The notes below the pieces were generated by a model. The model saw nothing but the letters and a program-made list of their open reading frames with translations. It had not been told where the DNA came from and made no database searches. Positions 47,208-57,310 of a stretch of DNA of 64,000 nt are shown here, piece by piece. Numbering within the stretch: position 1 is the stretch's first letter; each line of letters begins with the position of its first letter. The stretch is from positions 2,615 to 66,614 of the forward strand of contig JAKOQC010000187.1 in NCBI GenBank assembly GCA_029778565.1. The letters run 5' to 3'. The position numbers and the translations under genes were made by a program. Source of the DNA: a bacterium. Lineage in GTDB: Bacteria; Patescibacteriota; Saccharimonadia; CAILAD01; BJGX01.

Positions 47208-47624
47208 ATGAGCACAAAAGGCTCTGTATACGTAGCAGGTAAAGTTGGTGCTGGCACTGATGGAGTAAAGTACCTTCTCGCAGACTTGCGTAATCTTGGG
47301 TATGAAGTAACGTACGATTGGACCGATGCTTCTGGGGTTAAAAAGCCCTACCTTGCAAATGCAGCGAGGAATCGACCGTTTGCCGAAAATATGCTGCAGG
47401 GTGCTCACGACTGTGACATCTTTATTTTACTGGTGGCAGATAACCAACTCGGTGCACTTATCGAGCTTGGTATTGCCCTTGGCTCTTCATTAGAACGAAA
47501 AAATTTTCGGGCCTTTATTGTAACCGAAGGCATGGAGACATATCGCGAATCGATATTCTATTGCCTCGATTCCGTCACAATCGTTCATTCTCTAGATGAG
47601 TTAATGGCTTTGCTCAAAGATTAG
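47208..47624 (+). CDS. nucleoside 2-deoxyribosyltransferase-like (NDT/SLOG-fold) protein
   Basis: 138 aa; VYVAGKV...CDIFILLVADNQLGALIELGIALG fits the NDT family. Confidence 0.5.
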   Translation: MSTKGSVYVAGKVGAGTDGVKYLLADLRNLGYEVTYDWTDASGVKKPYLANAARNRPFAENMLQGAHDCDIFILLVADNQLGALIELGIALGSSLERKNFRAFIVTEGMETYRESIFYCLDSVTIVHSLDELMALLKD

Positions 47625-47640
47625 TCTTTGAGTTTTTTTA

Positions 47641-47669
47641 TTGACTAAATCTCTAATATTTGCTATTAT
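47641..47669 (+). promoter_or_regulatory. sigma70-like promoter TTGACT-N17-TATTAT ahead of the rplJ leader
   Basis: Hexamers read directly. Confidence 0.4.
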
Positions 47670-47828
47670 TACTACTGATTACCAAAGACTGTAGCTGTGT
47701 AAAACACTTAATTTGCTGCAAGAGGTTACGATCAATATAGATTGTTTACAAACCAGAGGTCTTTGGCATGTGTCCAAAGATTTTTTGTTTGGTAATCAAG
47801 TACATTAACTAAATAAGGTGTTATACAT
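47670..47828 (+). promoter_or_regulatory. rplJ leader with attenuator-like hairpin (TCTTTGG-catgtgt-CCAAAGA-T6)
   Basis: 160-nt untranslated leader with a strong hairpin plus U-run about 45 nt before rplJ. Consistent with L10-leader autoregulation. Confidence 0.35.
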
Positions 47829-48365
47829 ATGGCAAAAACACGAGAGCAGAAAGAACAGGCTGTTAGCTCGCTAACAGAGGCTTTTTCTGCAAGTAAACTT
47901 GCTGTGTTAACAGATTACCGTGGCTTGAATGTACCAGAAATTTCTGCGTTGCGTGCCAACTTGCGCGAAGCAGGCATTCCATTTACGGTAGCCAAAAACA
48001 CACTGGTAAAAATAGCGCTTGTCAATGCCGATAAGAAGGTAGAAGACACCTCAGTCCTAGTAGGTCCGGTAGCAATTGCTTTTGGCCCTGACGAAGTTGA
48101 GGCCGCACGAATCGTTTTTGAATATGCCAAAACGAATCCTGCCCTAGAAATACTTGGTGCCATCGACGAAAGCGGTAACGTATTAAGTACCGAAGACGTT
48201 GTAGCCCTAGCCAAACTACCAAGTCGCGAACAATTGCTAGCACAAGTAGTTGGTACAATTGCCGCTCCACTAAGTGGATTTGTACGAGTGCTCAATGGTA
48301 ATGTTTCGGGCTTAGTCTATGCATTACAGGCTGTGGCAGATAAAAAAGCACAAGAAGCTAGTTAA
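47829..48365 (+). CDS. rplJ: 50S ribosomal protein L10
   Basis: 178 aa. Confidence 0.9.
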   Translation: MAKTREQKEQAVSSLTEAFSASKLAVLTDYRGLNVPEISALRANLREAGIPFTVAKNTLVKIALVNADKKVEDTSVLVGPVAIAFGPDEVEAARIVFEYAKTNPALEILGAIDESGNVLSTEDVVALAKLPSREQLLAQVVGTIAAPLSGFVRVLNGNVSGLVYALQAVADKKAQEAS

Positions 48366-48396
48366 AAATTATTAAGATACTCTAAGGAGAATAAAA

Positions 48397-48870
48397 ATGG
48401 CAGAAGAAACTGCAAAACCAGAAGTAAAAGAAGAAGCACCAGCTGTAGAAGCTGCTGCAGAAACAACTGAAGACAAAAAAGAAGTACCTGCTAAGTTTAA
48501 AAGCTTGGTAGACGAAATTGATAAACTCAGCGTGCTCGATCTTTCAGAATTCGTTAGTGTTTTAGAAGATCACTATGGCGTTAGCGCTGCTGCTCCAGTA
48601 GCTGTTGCTGCTGCAGGTGCTGCTGCTGGCGGTGGCGAAGAAGCTGCCGAAGAAGGCAAGAGTAGCTATAACATTATGCTAACTGCAGCTGGTGATAAGA
48701 AGATTGATGTAATTAAGGCTGTTCGAGAAATCTCTGGCCTTGGTTTAGCCGAAAGTAAAGAAGTAGTTGACGGTGCTCCTAAGATGGTAAAAGAAGATGT
48801 TCCAGCCGAAGAAGCTGAAGCAGCCAAAAAGACCCTCGAAGAAGCCGGTGCTACTGTAGAACTTCAATAA
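48397..48870 (+). CDS. rplL: 50S ribosomal protein L7/L12 with about 30-aa acidic N-terminal extension
   Basis: 157 aa. C-terminal domain [24 protein letters not shown]. Confidence 0.9.
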   Translation: MAEETAKPEVKEEAPAVEAAAETTEDKKEVPAKFKSLVDEIDKLSVLDLSEFVSVLEDHYGVSAAAPVAVAAAGAAAGGGEEAAEEGKSSYNIMLTAAGDKKIDVIKAVREISGLGLAESKEVVDGAPKMVKEDVPAEEAEAAKKTLEEAGATVELQ

Positions 48871-48889
48871 TTTCATTCATTTGAATGCA

Positions 48890-48918
48890 AAAAGACCCTA
48901 AGAAGGGTCTTTTTGTTT
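48890..48918 (+). terminator. rho-independent terminator after rplL
   Basis: AAGACCCT-aaga-AGGGTCTT plus T-run. Confidence 0.65.
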
Positions 48919-48999
48919 GGCTTTTGTTTTATGTTTTGTTACAATAAAGGCAAGTAATTTTGAGTAATTTTAGTAAAAATACAAAAAGGGGCTTTAAAA

Positions 49000-49569
49000 A
49001 TGAACAAAAAAGACGAAGAAAAATTACAAGCACTCTCAGACCAGATGCATGCAGCGCAAGAGAGCTTGCAGCAAGTAACAGAAATGTTAAAACAAATGGG
49101 GTTAAATGCCAAAGATCTACCAGCTCCGCGCGAAGATGGCGCTCCTTCTGTTGGTGTAAGTGTGCCACGGGCTGCAGATACCGCCGATACTGTTGCGGGT
49201 AAGATTATAGAAGGGCATTTTGATGGTCAGAATATGATTGGCCCAGATGGCAAAACCTACCCGGTGCCAGCTAACTATGCTTCTAAATCAAAGCTTGTTG
49301 AAGGCGACTTACTTAAGCTAACCATTGCTGTAGATGGGAGCTTTATCTATAAGCAAATTGGCCCTGTCGAACGTAAAAAACTTATTTCTAAAATTGGTTT
49401 GGATAATGGTCAGTATGTTGCTATAGTGGGCGATCATCACTATAGAGTTCTTTATGCGAGCGTAACGTATTTTAAAGCCCAAGTAGGCGATGAAGTGACT
49501 ATAGTAGTTCCAGCTACTGGTGGAGATGAAGCTAATTGGGCAGCTATAGAAGCTGTTATTGGCTCTTAG
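49000..49569 (+). CDS. hypothetical protein (coiled-coil N-terminus, beta-rich C-terminus)
   Basis: 189 aa. No family recognised. Confidence 0.45.
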   Translation: MNKKDEEKLQALSDQMHAAQESLQQVTEMLKQMGLNAKDLPAPREDGAPSVGVSVPRAADTADTVAGKIIEGHFDGQNMIGPDGKTYPVPANYASKSKLVEGDLLKLTIAVDGSFIYKQIGPVERKKLISKIGLDNGQYVAIVGDHHYRVLYASVTYFKAQVGDEVTIVVPATGGDEANWAAIEAVIGS

Positions 49570-49730
49570 CTTATAGCCTTTGTTTAGAGCGAATCACTTC
49601 GTTGAATTCTGTACGAACAAAATCTCACGAGTGATAGGTAGAATTGCCAAAATCTAAAATCAAAAAACCTATAATCAAGCTAAGCGCGTAGTATAATAAA
49701 TGAATAGATAAAAAGAGGGGATAGTTTTTT

Positions 49731-51170
49731 GTGTCGCAATTAGCTTTGTATCGCAAATATCGTTCTGGCGACCTAAGCGATGTGGTGGGTCAGAAACATA
49801 TTACACAAACCTTAGACGCTGCACTAAAGCAGGGTAAACTCTCACATGCTTATCTTTTTACTGGTCCGAGAGGAGTAGGTAAGACCTCGGTGGCACGTAT
49901 TTTGGCCCGAGCTATTAATGGGCTTGATAAATTAGATGATAATCCTAACTATTTAGACATAATCGAAATAGATGCAGCCAGTAATAGAGGTATCGATGAG
50001 ATTCGAGCTTTGCGTGAAAAAGTGGCAGTGGCACCGGCAAAACTACAATACAAAGTCTATATTATTGATGAAGCCCATATGCTTACCCGCGAAGCTTTTA
50101 ATGCGTTACTAAAAACCCTCGAAGAGCCACCTGCCCATGTCGTGTTTATTTTGGCAACTACTGAAGCACATAAATTACCCCAAACTATTATTTCACGCAC
50201 CCAGCGGTATGATTTTCATGCTATAAGCGAAGATGAAATTGTTGCTCGTCTAAAGTACATTGCCGCGCAAGAAAAGATACAGATTACCGAACCTGCCTTG
50301 CGGTTAGTTGCACAAATGGCAAATGGCGGAATGCGTGATGCAGTTAGTCTGCTTGATCAGCTTTCCGTACTGACAGAAAAAATCGATGAGAAAATTACTA
50401 GTCAGTTTTTGGGGTTAGCCCTTAGCTCTGAGCTTGGTGAGGTATTAGATTTAGCTTGGCAAAACAAGCCCGAATTGGCATTACAAAAAGTATCAGCAAT
50501 AACTGTGAATGGCGTTGCTCCTGGTGAGCTAATTTTGCAGTTACAGCGCATGGCACGAGAACACTTGATAGCAGAAGTGCAAAAACCGGCCAATCAGAAA
50601 AAGATTCAGTTTTACACTAACGCACTCGAGGTACTGCATACCGCCATGAATCAGCTAATCTATACAGCTAACAGTGCTATTCCGCTAGAACTCGCGATTG
50701 TAAAAATGGGTTACAATCTTAATTCTACACAGGCCAAACCAGCACAGTCGGCGGCTAAAGCCCCACAGACTATCAGCCAGACTCACGCAGCCAGCCAAAC
50801 AGTGTTGCCAGAGCAAAAATCAGCCTCAACGACAACGAATACCGATGCAGTTGCACTGTGTGATAAAGCCCTGAGCGCAATTAAAGAACATAACAATTCA
50901 CTGTATGCTCTCTTACGCTCGGGCGGGGCACATGTAGAGGGCAATAAACTCTTGGTAAATTGCCGATTTGCATTTCACCAAAATCGTATCGAAGAACACC
51001 ACAACCGAGCTTTAATAGAAAAAGTTATGAGCAAAACATTTAATAGAACCATTCAGCTGAGTTGCAGTTTAGATAATAAGCCAGAAGTAGCACCAAAAGC
51101 AGATGCCAGTAGTGAGCTGGTAAACTCGGCAATGGCAATACTTGGTGGGGAGCTTGTTGATGGCCAATAA
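49731..51170 (+). CDS. dnaX: DNA polymerase III subunit gamma/tau
   Basis: GTG start. Walker A GPRGVGKTS, plus IIDEAHML and ISRTQRYDF. Confidence 0.85.
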   Translation: MSQLALYRKYRSGDLSDVVGQKHITQTLDAALKQGKLSHAYLFTGPRGVGKTSVARILARAINGLDKLDDNPNYLDIIEIDAASNRGIDEIRALREKVAVAPAKLQYKVYIIDEAHMLTREAFNALLKTLEEPPAHVVFILATTEAHKLPQTIISRTQRYDFHAISEDEIVARLKYIAAQEKIQITEPALRLVAQMANGGMRDAVSLLDQLSVLTEKIDEKITSQFLGLALSSELGEVLDLAWQNKPELALQKVSAITVNGVAPGELILQLQRMAREHLIAEVQKPANQKKIQFYTNALEVLHTAMNQLIYTANSAIPLELAIVKMGYNLNSTQAKPAQSAAKAPQTISQTHAASQTVLPEQKSASTTTNTDAVALCDKALSAIKEHNNSLYALLRSGGAHVEGNKLLVNCRFAFHQNRIEEHHNRALIEKVMSKTFNRTIQLSCSLDNKPEVAPKADASSELVNSAMAILGGELVDGQ

Positions 51171-52509
51171 TACTACTACCAATCGGGCCGACAAACTACC
51201 ACCACAAAATGTAGAGGCCGAGCAAAGCGTGTTAGGATCGCTACTTATAGATAAAGACGCCATTATTAAAGTAGCTGATATTGTATCGAGCGAAGATTTT
51301 TATATTACTAAGAATGGTCAGATATTTGAAACTGTTCTTGGTCTTTACGAACGAAGAGAACCAATAGATGTAGTTACACTTTCTGATGCGCTGGCCAAGA
51401 AAAAGATTCTCAAGCAAATTGGTGGTGCCAGTTATTTAACCGATTTAGCTAATGGAGTTCCGAGTAGTGCCCATGCCGCACAATATGCCAAGATTGTAGC
51501 CGACAAAGCAACTTTGCGCCGACTCATAGAGGCTGCCAATTCTATTAACAACCTTGCTTACGAAGAAACAGCTGCTCTTGATAGTGTGCTTGATGAAGCT
51601 GAGCAAAATTTATTTGGCGTGAGCCAAAAACACCTTAAGCAAAACTTTACTCCAATTTCTGATGTGTTAACCGAAAGCTTTGAGCGCCTCGATGGTTTGC
51701 ATAAAGACAAGCAAACACTTCGAGGTGTACCTACAGGCTATAAGAGTTTGGATAATTTGCTGGCCGGGTTACAAAAATCAGATTTAATTATCTTGGCAGC
51801 ACGTCCTAGTATGGGTAAAACGAGCTTTGCTCTAAATATTGCTCAACACGTTGCTACCAAAGAGGGGATACCTGTGGGGATTTTTAGTTTAGAAATGAGT
51901 AAAGAGCAGCTCATTGACCGGCTATTATCATCAGAAGCAGGCATAGATAGCTGGAAGTTACGCACAGGCAACCTAGAAGATAGGGATTTCGAAAAAATTA
52001 ATAAAGCTATGGGGGTATTGGCTGATGCACCTATTTTTATTGATGACTCGCCCATGGCGAATGTTATGGAGATGCGTACCAAAGCACGTCGTCTACAGTC
52101 TGAACACGATCTTGGTTTGATTGTGATTGACTATTTGCAGCTAATGAGTGGTCGAAATAGTGGAGGCGACAACAGGGTACAAGAGATTTCTGAAATCTCT
52201 CGTGGACTGAAAGGTTTAGCTCGTGAAATTAATGTACCCGTTATTGCACTTTCTCAGCTAAGCCGTACGGTAGAAATGCGTTCACCTAAAATACCGCAGC
52301 TTTCTGACTTACGTGAATCGGGTAGTATTGAGCAAGATGCAGATGTAGTAATGTTTATTTATCGTGAAGATTATTATGAAAAAGATTCTGAGAGAAAAAA
52401 TATTGCAGATATCTTAGTAAAAAAACATCGTAATGGTCCAACAGGCGAAGTAGAACTGTTCTTTGTACCAGAGCAAATGTTATTTAAGAATCTCGATAAA
52501 ACACATTAA
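51160..52509 (+). CDS. dnaB: replicative DNA helicase DnaB
   Basis: Walker A ARPSMGKTSFALN, plus IVIDYLQLM and RESGSIEQDAD. Confidence 0.9.
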   Translation: MANNTTTNRADKLPPQNVEAEQSVLGSLLIDKDAIIKVADIVSSEDFYITKNGQIFETVLGLYERREPIDVVTLSDALAKKKILKQIGGASYLTDLANGVPSSAHAAQYAKIVADKATLRRLIEAANSINNLAYEETAALDSVLDEAEQNLFGVSQKHLKQNFTPISDVLTESFERLDGLHKDKQTLRGVPTGYKSLDNLLAGLQKSDLIILAARPSMGKTSFALNIAQHVATKEGIPVGIFSLEMSKEQLIDRLLSSEAGIDSWKLRTGNLEDRDFEKINKAMGVLADAPIFIDDSPMANVMEMRTKARRLQSEHDLGLIVIDYLQLMSGRNSGGDNRVQEISEISRGLKGLAREINVPVIALSQLSRTVEMRSPKIPQLSDLRESGSIEQDADVVMFIYREDYYEKDSERKNIADILVKKHRNGPTGEVELFFVPEQMLFKNLDKTH

Positions 52510-52563
52510 TTTCGCCTCAGCTAGACGCAGACAGGTATTTTTGGGTATACTAGCATAAGTACT

Positions 52564-53100
52564 ATGAGCAACAAGACACCCCAGAAACCCAAACACAATG
52601 AGGCAATGCAGGTTGGCCGATTTGGATTAGTAGGAATACTGAATACCGTTGTAGATTTTGTTGTTTTAAACATCTTGGCAGCAACGGTTTTACCAAAGAG
52701 TCTAGTGCTAGGGTCGGTAACAATTTTTGGCACAAATTATACTGTTACTGGTCTGATAGTGGCAGGGTTGATTTCTGGAACTATTGCGATGATTAATAGT
52801 TTTATTTTCAATATGCGTTTTACTTTTCGAGCGCGTAAGGTAGATGCCTTGCATGCCACGTACTTCTTTGTGCTGACAATGATTGGTGTGTATGTTTTTC
52901 GCCCCATCTTGTTAAAGTTCTTCACTGATGTCTGGACGTGGCCAGTACTTACGGCTGACCATATCTCTACCTTCTTACATCTGCCACTTAGCCAGCTATT
53001 CGTAGAGCGTAATGTAGCACTTGCCGTAACTATTCTCTTGGTGTTGGTGTATAATTATTTGGTATACAAATATATCGTCTTTACCAAAGATAATAAATGA
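52564..53100 (+). CDS. GtrA-family membrane protein (polyprenol-P-sugar flippase-like)
   Basis: 178 aa, 4 TM helices; RFGLVGILNTVVDFVVLNIL. Confidence 0.65.
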   Translation: MSNKTPQKPKHNEAMQVGRFGLVGILNTVVDFVVLNILAATVLPKSLVLGSVTIFGTNYTVTGLIVAGLISGTIAMINSFIFNMRFTFRARKVDALHATYFFVLTMIGVYVFRPILLKFFTDVWTWPVLTADHISTFLHLPLSQLFVERNVALAVTILLVLVYNYLVYKYIVFTKDNK

Positions 53101-54659
53101 AATCTAAATCTTCGCCATTTCTGACATTCTTCCGCTCACATGCAGGCCTTCTGCTTTTAATTGCTGTACTCCTCATAGCTACGGTATTTCGTCTGTATCA
53201 CCTCAATACCTTACCACCCGGTCTTCATCCTGATGAGGCTGCGAATGGGCTCGATATTGTGCAGCGTATATTTCACCACGACTGGCGAGTAATTTATGCA
53301 ACTAATGGGCCGAGAGAAGCGCTGTTCTTTTATTTGCAAGCACTATTTGTATGGGCGCTCGGTAATTCAATCTTTGCGCTCAGACTAGCACCGGCATTAC
53401 TGAGTATTGCAACAGTGGTGATGGTATATCTTTATACTAAAGATTGGTTTGGCCGACGTACTGGATTACTCGCAGCTTTCTTAATTGCTGTAAATCCTTG
53501 GGTGGTTACAATAGGAAGAGATGGTTTTAGGGCTGGAATGACGCCCCTTATTATAGCTGCAGTTGCCTTTCTTGGGGGGAGAGCATATACCCGCCAAAAA
53601 GTAGGGTATTTTATTGCTGCCGGAGCTGTGTTTGGTCTTGGATTTTATACCTACACAGCGTTTTTAATGTTCTCACTGGTGCCGATTGGGGGCCTCGGCT
53701 ATCTGGCAATTCGCAATCGTGCTTGGTTAAAGACAAATTGGAAAAATCTACTTATTTCTGCTGCAGTTGCCCTAGTAGTACTATTGCCACTTGGTATAAC
53801 TATTGTTCGCAACCCTGGTGCCTCTACTGCCCGAGCTGGTGGCACTAGCTTCTTAAATAAAGACCTCAATGGTGGTAAACCGGTGCAGACATTATTTATT
53901 GGCGCTGGCAAAACACTCATGCAATATAATTTTGTTGGCGATCAGAATAGCCGCCATAATCTACCTGGTGAACCATTAGTGAATACGTTTGTGGGTATTA
54001 TGCTAATTCTTGGGTTGCTCGTAGCTTTTAGTAGGATTGGCAGAGCCAAATATGCTGCAGTAATTGCAATGTTTTTTGTAATGATGTTTCCAGCGATTCT
54101 TACCGCCGAAGGCTTACCTCATGCCTTGCGTAGTATTGGTACGGCCGCCAGCGTATTTACTCTAGCTGCTATCGGTATAGATTATCTATTAACTCGTTGG
54201 TATAAAACATTTCCTATTAACGCCCCTGCTCGCTCGGCAGGCGCAATAATGATCGCCCTGTTGCTGTTTCTTACCCTCGTGCAGGGATGGCGCCAATATT
54301 TTGTTGCTTGGGCACAAGACCCAGCCACTTATCAGGCTTACAGTGAAAATATGGTGCAAATTGGTAGGTATGTACTTCTTAGTGGTAAGAATAAGACCAA
54401 CTATATTATTGCCGGTGGTTACGAAACTATGCCGGCTGAATATTTACTTGCTAATAAACAGTCGTATACGCTACTCGATAAGAATGGTTTACAAAGCTTA
54501 CCTTTGCAGGCTTCACCACAGCTATATGTATTCCCAGCTGGCGATAATAGTGGCGGCATAATTGAAGTTTTAAAAGCAAAATATCCCAACGGAACCCTAA
54601 CGCCACATTATTCGAGCTTTAATAATGCATTGCTATTTTATAGTTTTGAGGTACAGTAA
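53097..54659 (+). CDS. GT-C fold membrane glycosyltransferase (ArnT/PMT-like)
   Basis: 520 aa, more than 10 TM helices, first-loop motif LHPDEAANG. Confidence 0.6.
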   Translation: MKSKSSPFLTFFRSHAGLLLLIAVLLIATVFRLYHLNTLPPGLHPDEAANGLDIVQRIFHHDWRVIYATNGPREALFFYLQALFVWALGNSIFALRLAPALLSIATVVMVYLYTKDWFGRRTGLLAAFLIAVNPWVVTIGRDGFRAGMTPLIIAAVAFLGGRAYTRQKVGYFIAAGAVFGLGFYTYTAFLMFSLVPIGGLGYLAIRNRAWLKTNWKNLLISAAVALVVLLPLGITIVRNPGASTARAGGTSFLNKDLNGGKPVQTLFIGAGKTLMQYNFVGDQNSRHNLPGEPLVNTFVGIMLILGLLVAFSRIGRAKYAAVIAMFFVMMFPAILTAEGLPHALRSIGTAASVFTLAAIGIDYLLTRWYKTFPINAPARSAGAIMIALLLFLTLVQGWRQYFVAWAQDPATYQAYSENMVQIGRYVLLSGKNKTNYIIAGGYETMPAEYLLANKQSYTLLDKNGLQSLPLQASPQLYVFPAGDNSGGIIEVLKAKYPNGTLTPHYSSFNNALLFYSFEVQ

Positions 54660-55444
54660 TGTCGGTTGTAGAGAAAACGTCATCACAACCTGATTTAACG
54701 ATTGTCATTCCTGCATATAAAGAAGCTAAACGAATTGGTCCGACATTAGAGAAACTCGCCGAGTTTTTGCACAGTTACTCACCAAGTGTGGAAGTGATTG
54801 TAGTAGATAGAGGTAGTAGTGATGATACTCAAAAAGTAGCGATGAGTTATGCTAAAAAATTCAAATGGTTTTCTGTGCTTGACATTGGTCCCCAAACTGG
54901 CAAAAAGTCATATAAAGGAGAACAGGTAAAGAAAGGTATGTTGGCAGCCCAGGGTGAGTATGTGATGTTTATGGATGCCGATTTAGCTACACCGCTAAAA
55001 TATCTTAATACTGTCGAAAGCCTGATGAAGAAAAAGCAGGCGGTGGGAATATGTGTCAGAAATTTACATAGCAGCCACAAAGGGTTGAGAAAACTCATCT
55101 CATCAAGCGGAAACTTCTTGGTTCAATTAATGATTCTACCGGGTATTAATGACACCCAGTGCGGATTTAAAGTATTTTCGAATGAAGCTACCAAAAAGAT
55201 TTTTCCTTTACAAACTCTTAAGGGCTGGGGATTTGATATGGAAGTTTTAGCTATTGCTCGTCAACAAGGCTATCAGATAGAACAGTTTGATGTGCCGGAC
55301 TGGCAAGATGTAGAGGAGGGTAGTAAGGTTTCGGGTGGTAGTAAATTCTCAGCAGCCAAAGCTGCTCTACAAACTTTGCCAGACGTTTTTCATATTAAAT
55401 GGGGTTTAATTCGTGGTCGTTACAAAAAAGCTCCCCAATCATAA
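54659..55444 (+). CDS. polyprenol-phosphate glycosyltransferase (GT2; GtrB/ArnC/DPM1-like)
   Basis: IVIPAYKEA...VEVIVVDRGSSDDT and FMDADL. Confidence 0.8.
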   Translation: MSVVEKTSSQPDLTIVIPAYKEAKRIGPTLEKLAEFLHSYSPSVEVIVVDRGSSDDTQKVAMSYAKKFKWFSVLDIGPQTGKKSYKGEQVKKGMLAAQGEYVMFMDADLATPLKYLNTVESLMKKKQAVGICVRNLHSSHKGLRKLISSSGNFLVQLMILPGINDTQCGFKVFSNEATKKIFPLQTLKGWGFDMEVLAIARQQGYQIEQFDVPDWQDVEEGSKVSGGSKFSAAKAALQTLPDVFHIKWGLIRGRYKKAPQS

Positions 55445-56885
55445 GTGGTTGTGGCTAGTTTTAGTCACAATACTCGGCGGAATTATTCGACTAAGTTTTA
55501 TTGCTAAATCAAGTATTTGGCACGACGAAGGCTTTTCTATAATGCTTGCTAAGCGATCAACCCAAGAGATATGGGTTGGTTCGGCAAGAGATGTTCATCC
55601 ACCATTGTATTACGAGCTACTACATATTTGGATGAAACTGTTTGGTAGTAGCGAAGTAGCCATTCGAAGTCTTAGCACACTCGCAGGTGTGTTGATAATT
55701 CCTTTAGGGTACGTAATTGTAAAGAAGATTGCTGGTTTGCGAGCGGCAGTTTTGGCAAGCTTTGTACTAGCACTAGCTCCTTTTCTAATTCGCTATAGCC
55801 AAGAGGCTCGTATGTATGGTCTACTTGGTTTATTCTTACTCTTGGCATTGTATGCGGTAATGCAGATTGCAGAGAGACCCAAACGCACCTGGCCGTATGT
55901 GCTCTACGTCGCAACAATTGCGGCCGGTCTTTACACACACTACTTTACAGTATTGGCGGTGTTAGCTTTTTGGCTGTATTTTGTATTACTCGACAAACCA
56001 AAGACTAGGCAGATAGGGAAAACTATTTGGCTTTCACTGCGGTGGTGGTTGGCCAATCTTGCCGCAGTAGTGTTGTTTTTGCCCTGGGTGCCAAACCTAC
56101 TAGCACAATTACGTCGCGGGCAAGGTCTGAGTTGGTTACCACCAGCTACCTTACGCACTCTTCCAGATACTATTTGGCAGTTCTTTAGTTTTACCGATGG
56201 GAGAGCATTATTTGTTTTACTCTATTGGCTGGTTCCATTAATAGTACTTGTGGCTGGTGTTTACATTTGGCTGCGTGACAAAACTGAGCATAAATTTTCA
56301 CGGCTGTTAGTACTATACAGCTTTTTGCCAATTGCAATTGGGCTCTTAATATCAATCAAAAAACCAATCTTTCACGAACGTTACTTTGCCTTTGCTGCTA
56401 TTGGTATCTATTTAATTCTGGTTGTGGCTCTCGATTGGCTAGCAGGTAAGCGCACATGGTTGTTTGCGGTATTATCTAGCTTAATAGTACTTATTGAATG
56501 TATTGGTGTACGTAATGTTTATTTTCAGGCTAATCACCAAATGGGTAATGCAATGCAGACACTTAACCAAGGCTATCGAACAGGTGATGTATTGGTAGCC
56601 GGAGAATTATATGTCTATTTTGATGGTAGCTATTATAATACTACTGGCCAAACGATGTATCTCTATACCGCTGGTATGCCACCAAATGGATATGGCGAGT
56701 CGGGACTTTTATACAATAAAAATGTTTATCTAAACTCATTTACTTCTATACCTGCTGGCAGTAGGCTGTGGTTAATCGGTAAGACTGGCGACCATGCTTA
56801 TTACAATTCAATTCCCGCCAATTGGAAGCTTTTAGAAGAAAAAATAGCCGGGTATAGCGAGGTACGTCTGTATCAGGTACAATAG
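55413..56885 (+). CDS. second GT-C fold membrane glycosyltransferase (ArnT/PMT-like)
   Basis: 490 aa, more than 10 TM helices, motif IWHDEGFS. The start is uncertain; the 55413 ATG overlaps the previous gene by 32 nt. Confidence 0.55.
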   Translation: MVVTKKLPNHKWLWLVLVTILGGIIRLSFIAKSSIWHDEGFSIMLAKRSTQEIWVGSARDVHPPLYYELLHIWMKLFGSSEVAIRSLSTLAGVLIIPLGYVIVKKIAGLRAAVLASFVLALAPFLIRYSQEARMYGLLGLFLLLALYAVMQIAERPKRTWPYVLYVATIAAGLYTHYFTVLAVLAFWLYFVLLDKPKTRQIGKTIWLSLRWWLANLAAVVLFLPWVPNLLAQLRRGQGLSWLPPATLRTLPDTIWQFFSFTDGRALFVLLYWLVPLIVLVAGVYIWLRDKTEHKFSRLLVLYSFLPIAIGLLISIKKPIFHERYFAFAAIGIYLILVVALDWLAGKRTWLFAVLSSLIVLIECIGVRNVYFQANHQMGNAMQTLNQGYRTGDVLVAGELYVYFDGSYYNTTGQTMYLYTAGMPPNGYGESGLLYNKNVYLNSFTSIPAGSRLWLIGKTGDHAYYNSIPANWKLLEEKIAGYSEVRLYQVQ

Positions 56886-56978
56886 GGGTATTGAACATTA
56901 TTGCCCTAGCCAAACCACCCTACACAGGGTAAGAAATAGTGTTCTAAATATTCTTTAGATAACAAGAGGAGAGAAACT

Positions 56979-57287
56979 ATGTCAATGATGGATAAAGCTA
57001 AATTAGCCGGTAAGGCTATGAAGCTACAAAAAGAATTAAAACGCATGCAGATAGAAGCCGAAGCGGGTGATGGAGACGTGAAAGTTACTGCCGGTCTCAG
57101 TATTGGTCAAGCGAGCATGAATGTCGAAATTCGCTCAATCGAGTTTTCTGAAAGTGTTACCGACGACACCGATAGACTCGAAAGATTACTTATTTCGGCT
57201 ATCAATCAGGCCAACAAAGAATTAATGGCCGAAGCTACTACCAAGATGCAAGAAATTGCTGGTAATCTCAATATACCTGGAATGTAA
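56979..57287 (+). CDS. ybaB: YbaB/EbfC nucleoid-associated protein
   Basis: 102 aa, typical YbaB, located upstream of recR. Confidence 0.85.
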   Translation: MSMMDKAKLAGKAMKLQKELKRMQIEAEAGDGDVKVTAGLSIGQASMNVEIRSIEFSESVTDDTDRLERLLISAINQANKELMAEATTKMQEIAGNLNIPGM

Positions 57288-57310
57288 AAGAATCCTTTGG
57301 AGGGGAAGCG

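Noticed and set aside
47915-48295. Antisense ORFs of 126 and 82 aa in rplJ
   Set aside because: Shadow frames of a conserved r-protein gene.
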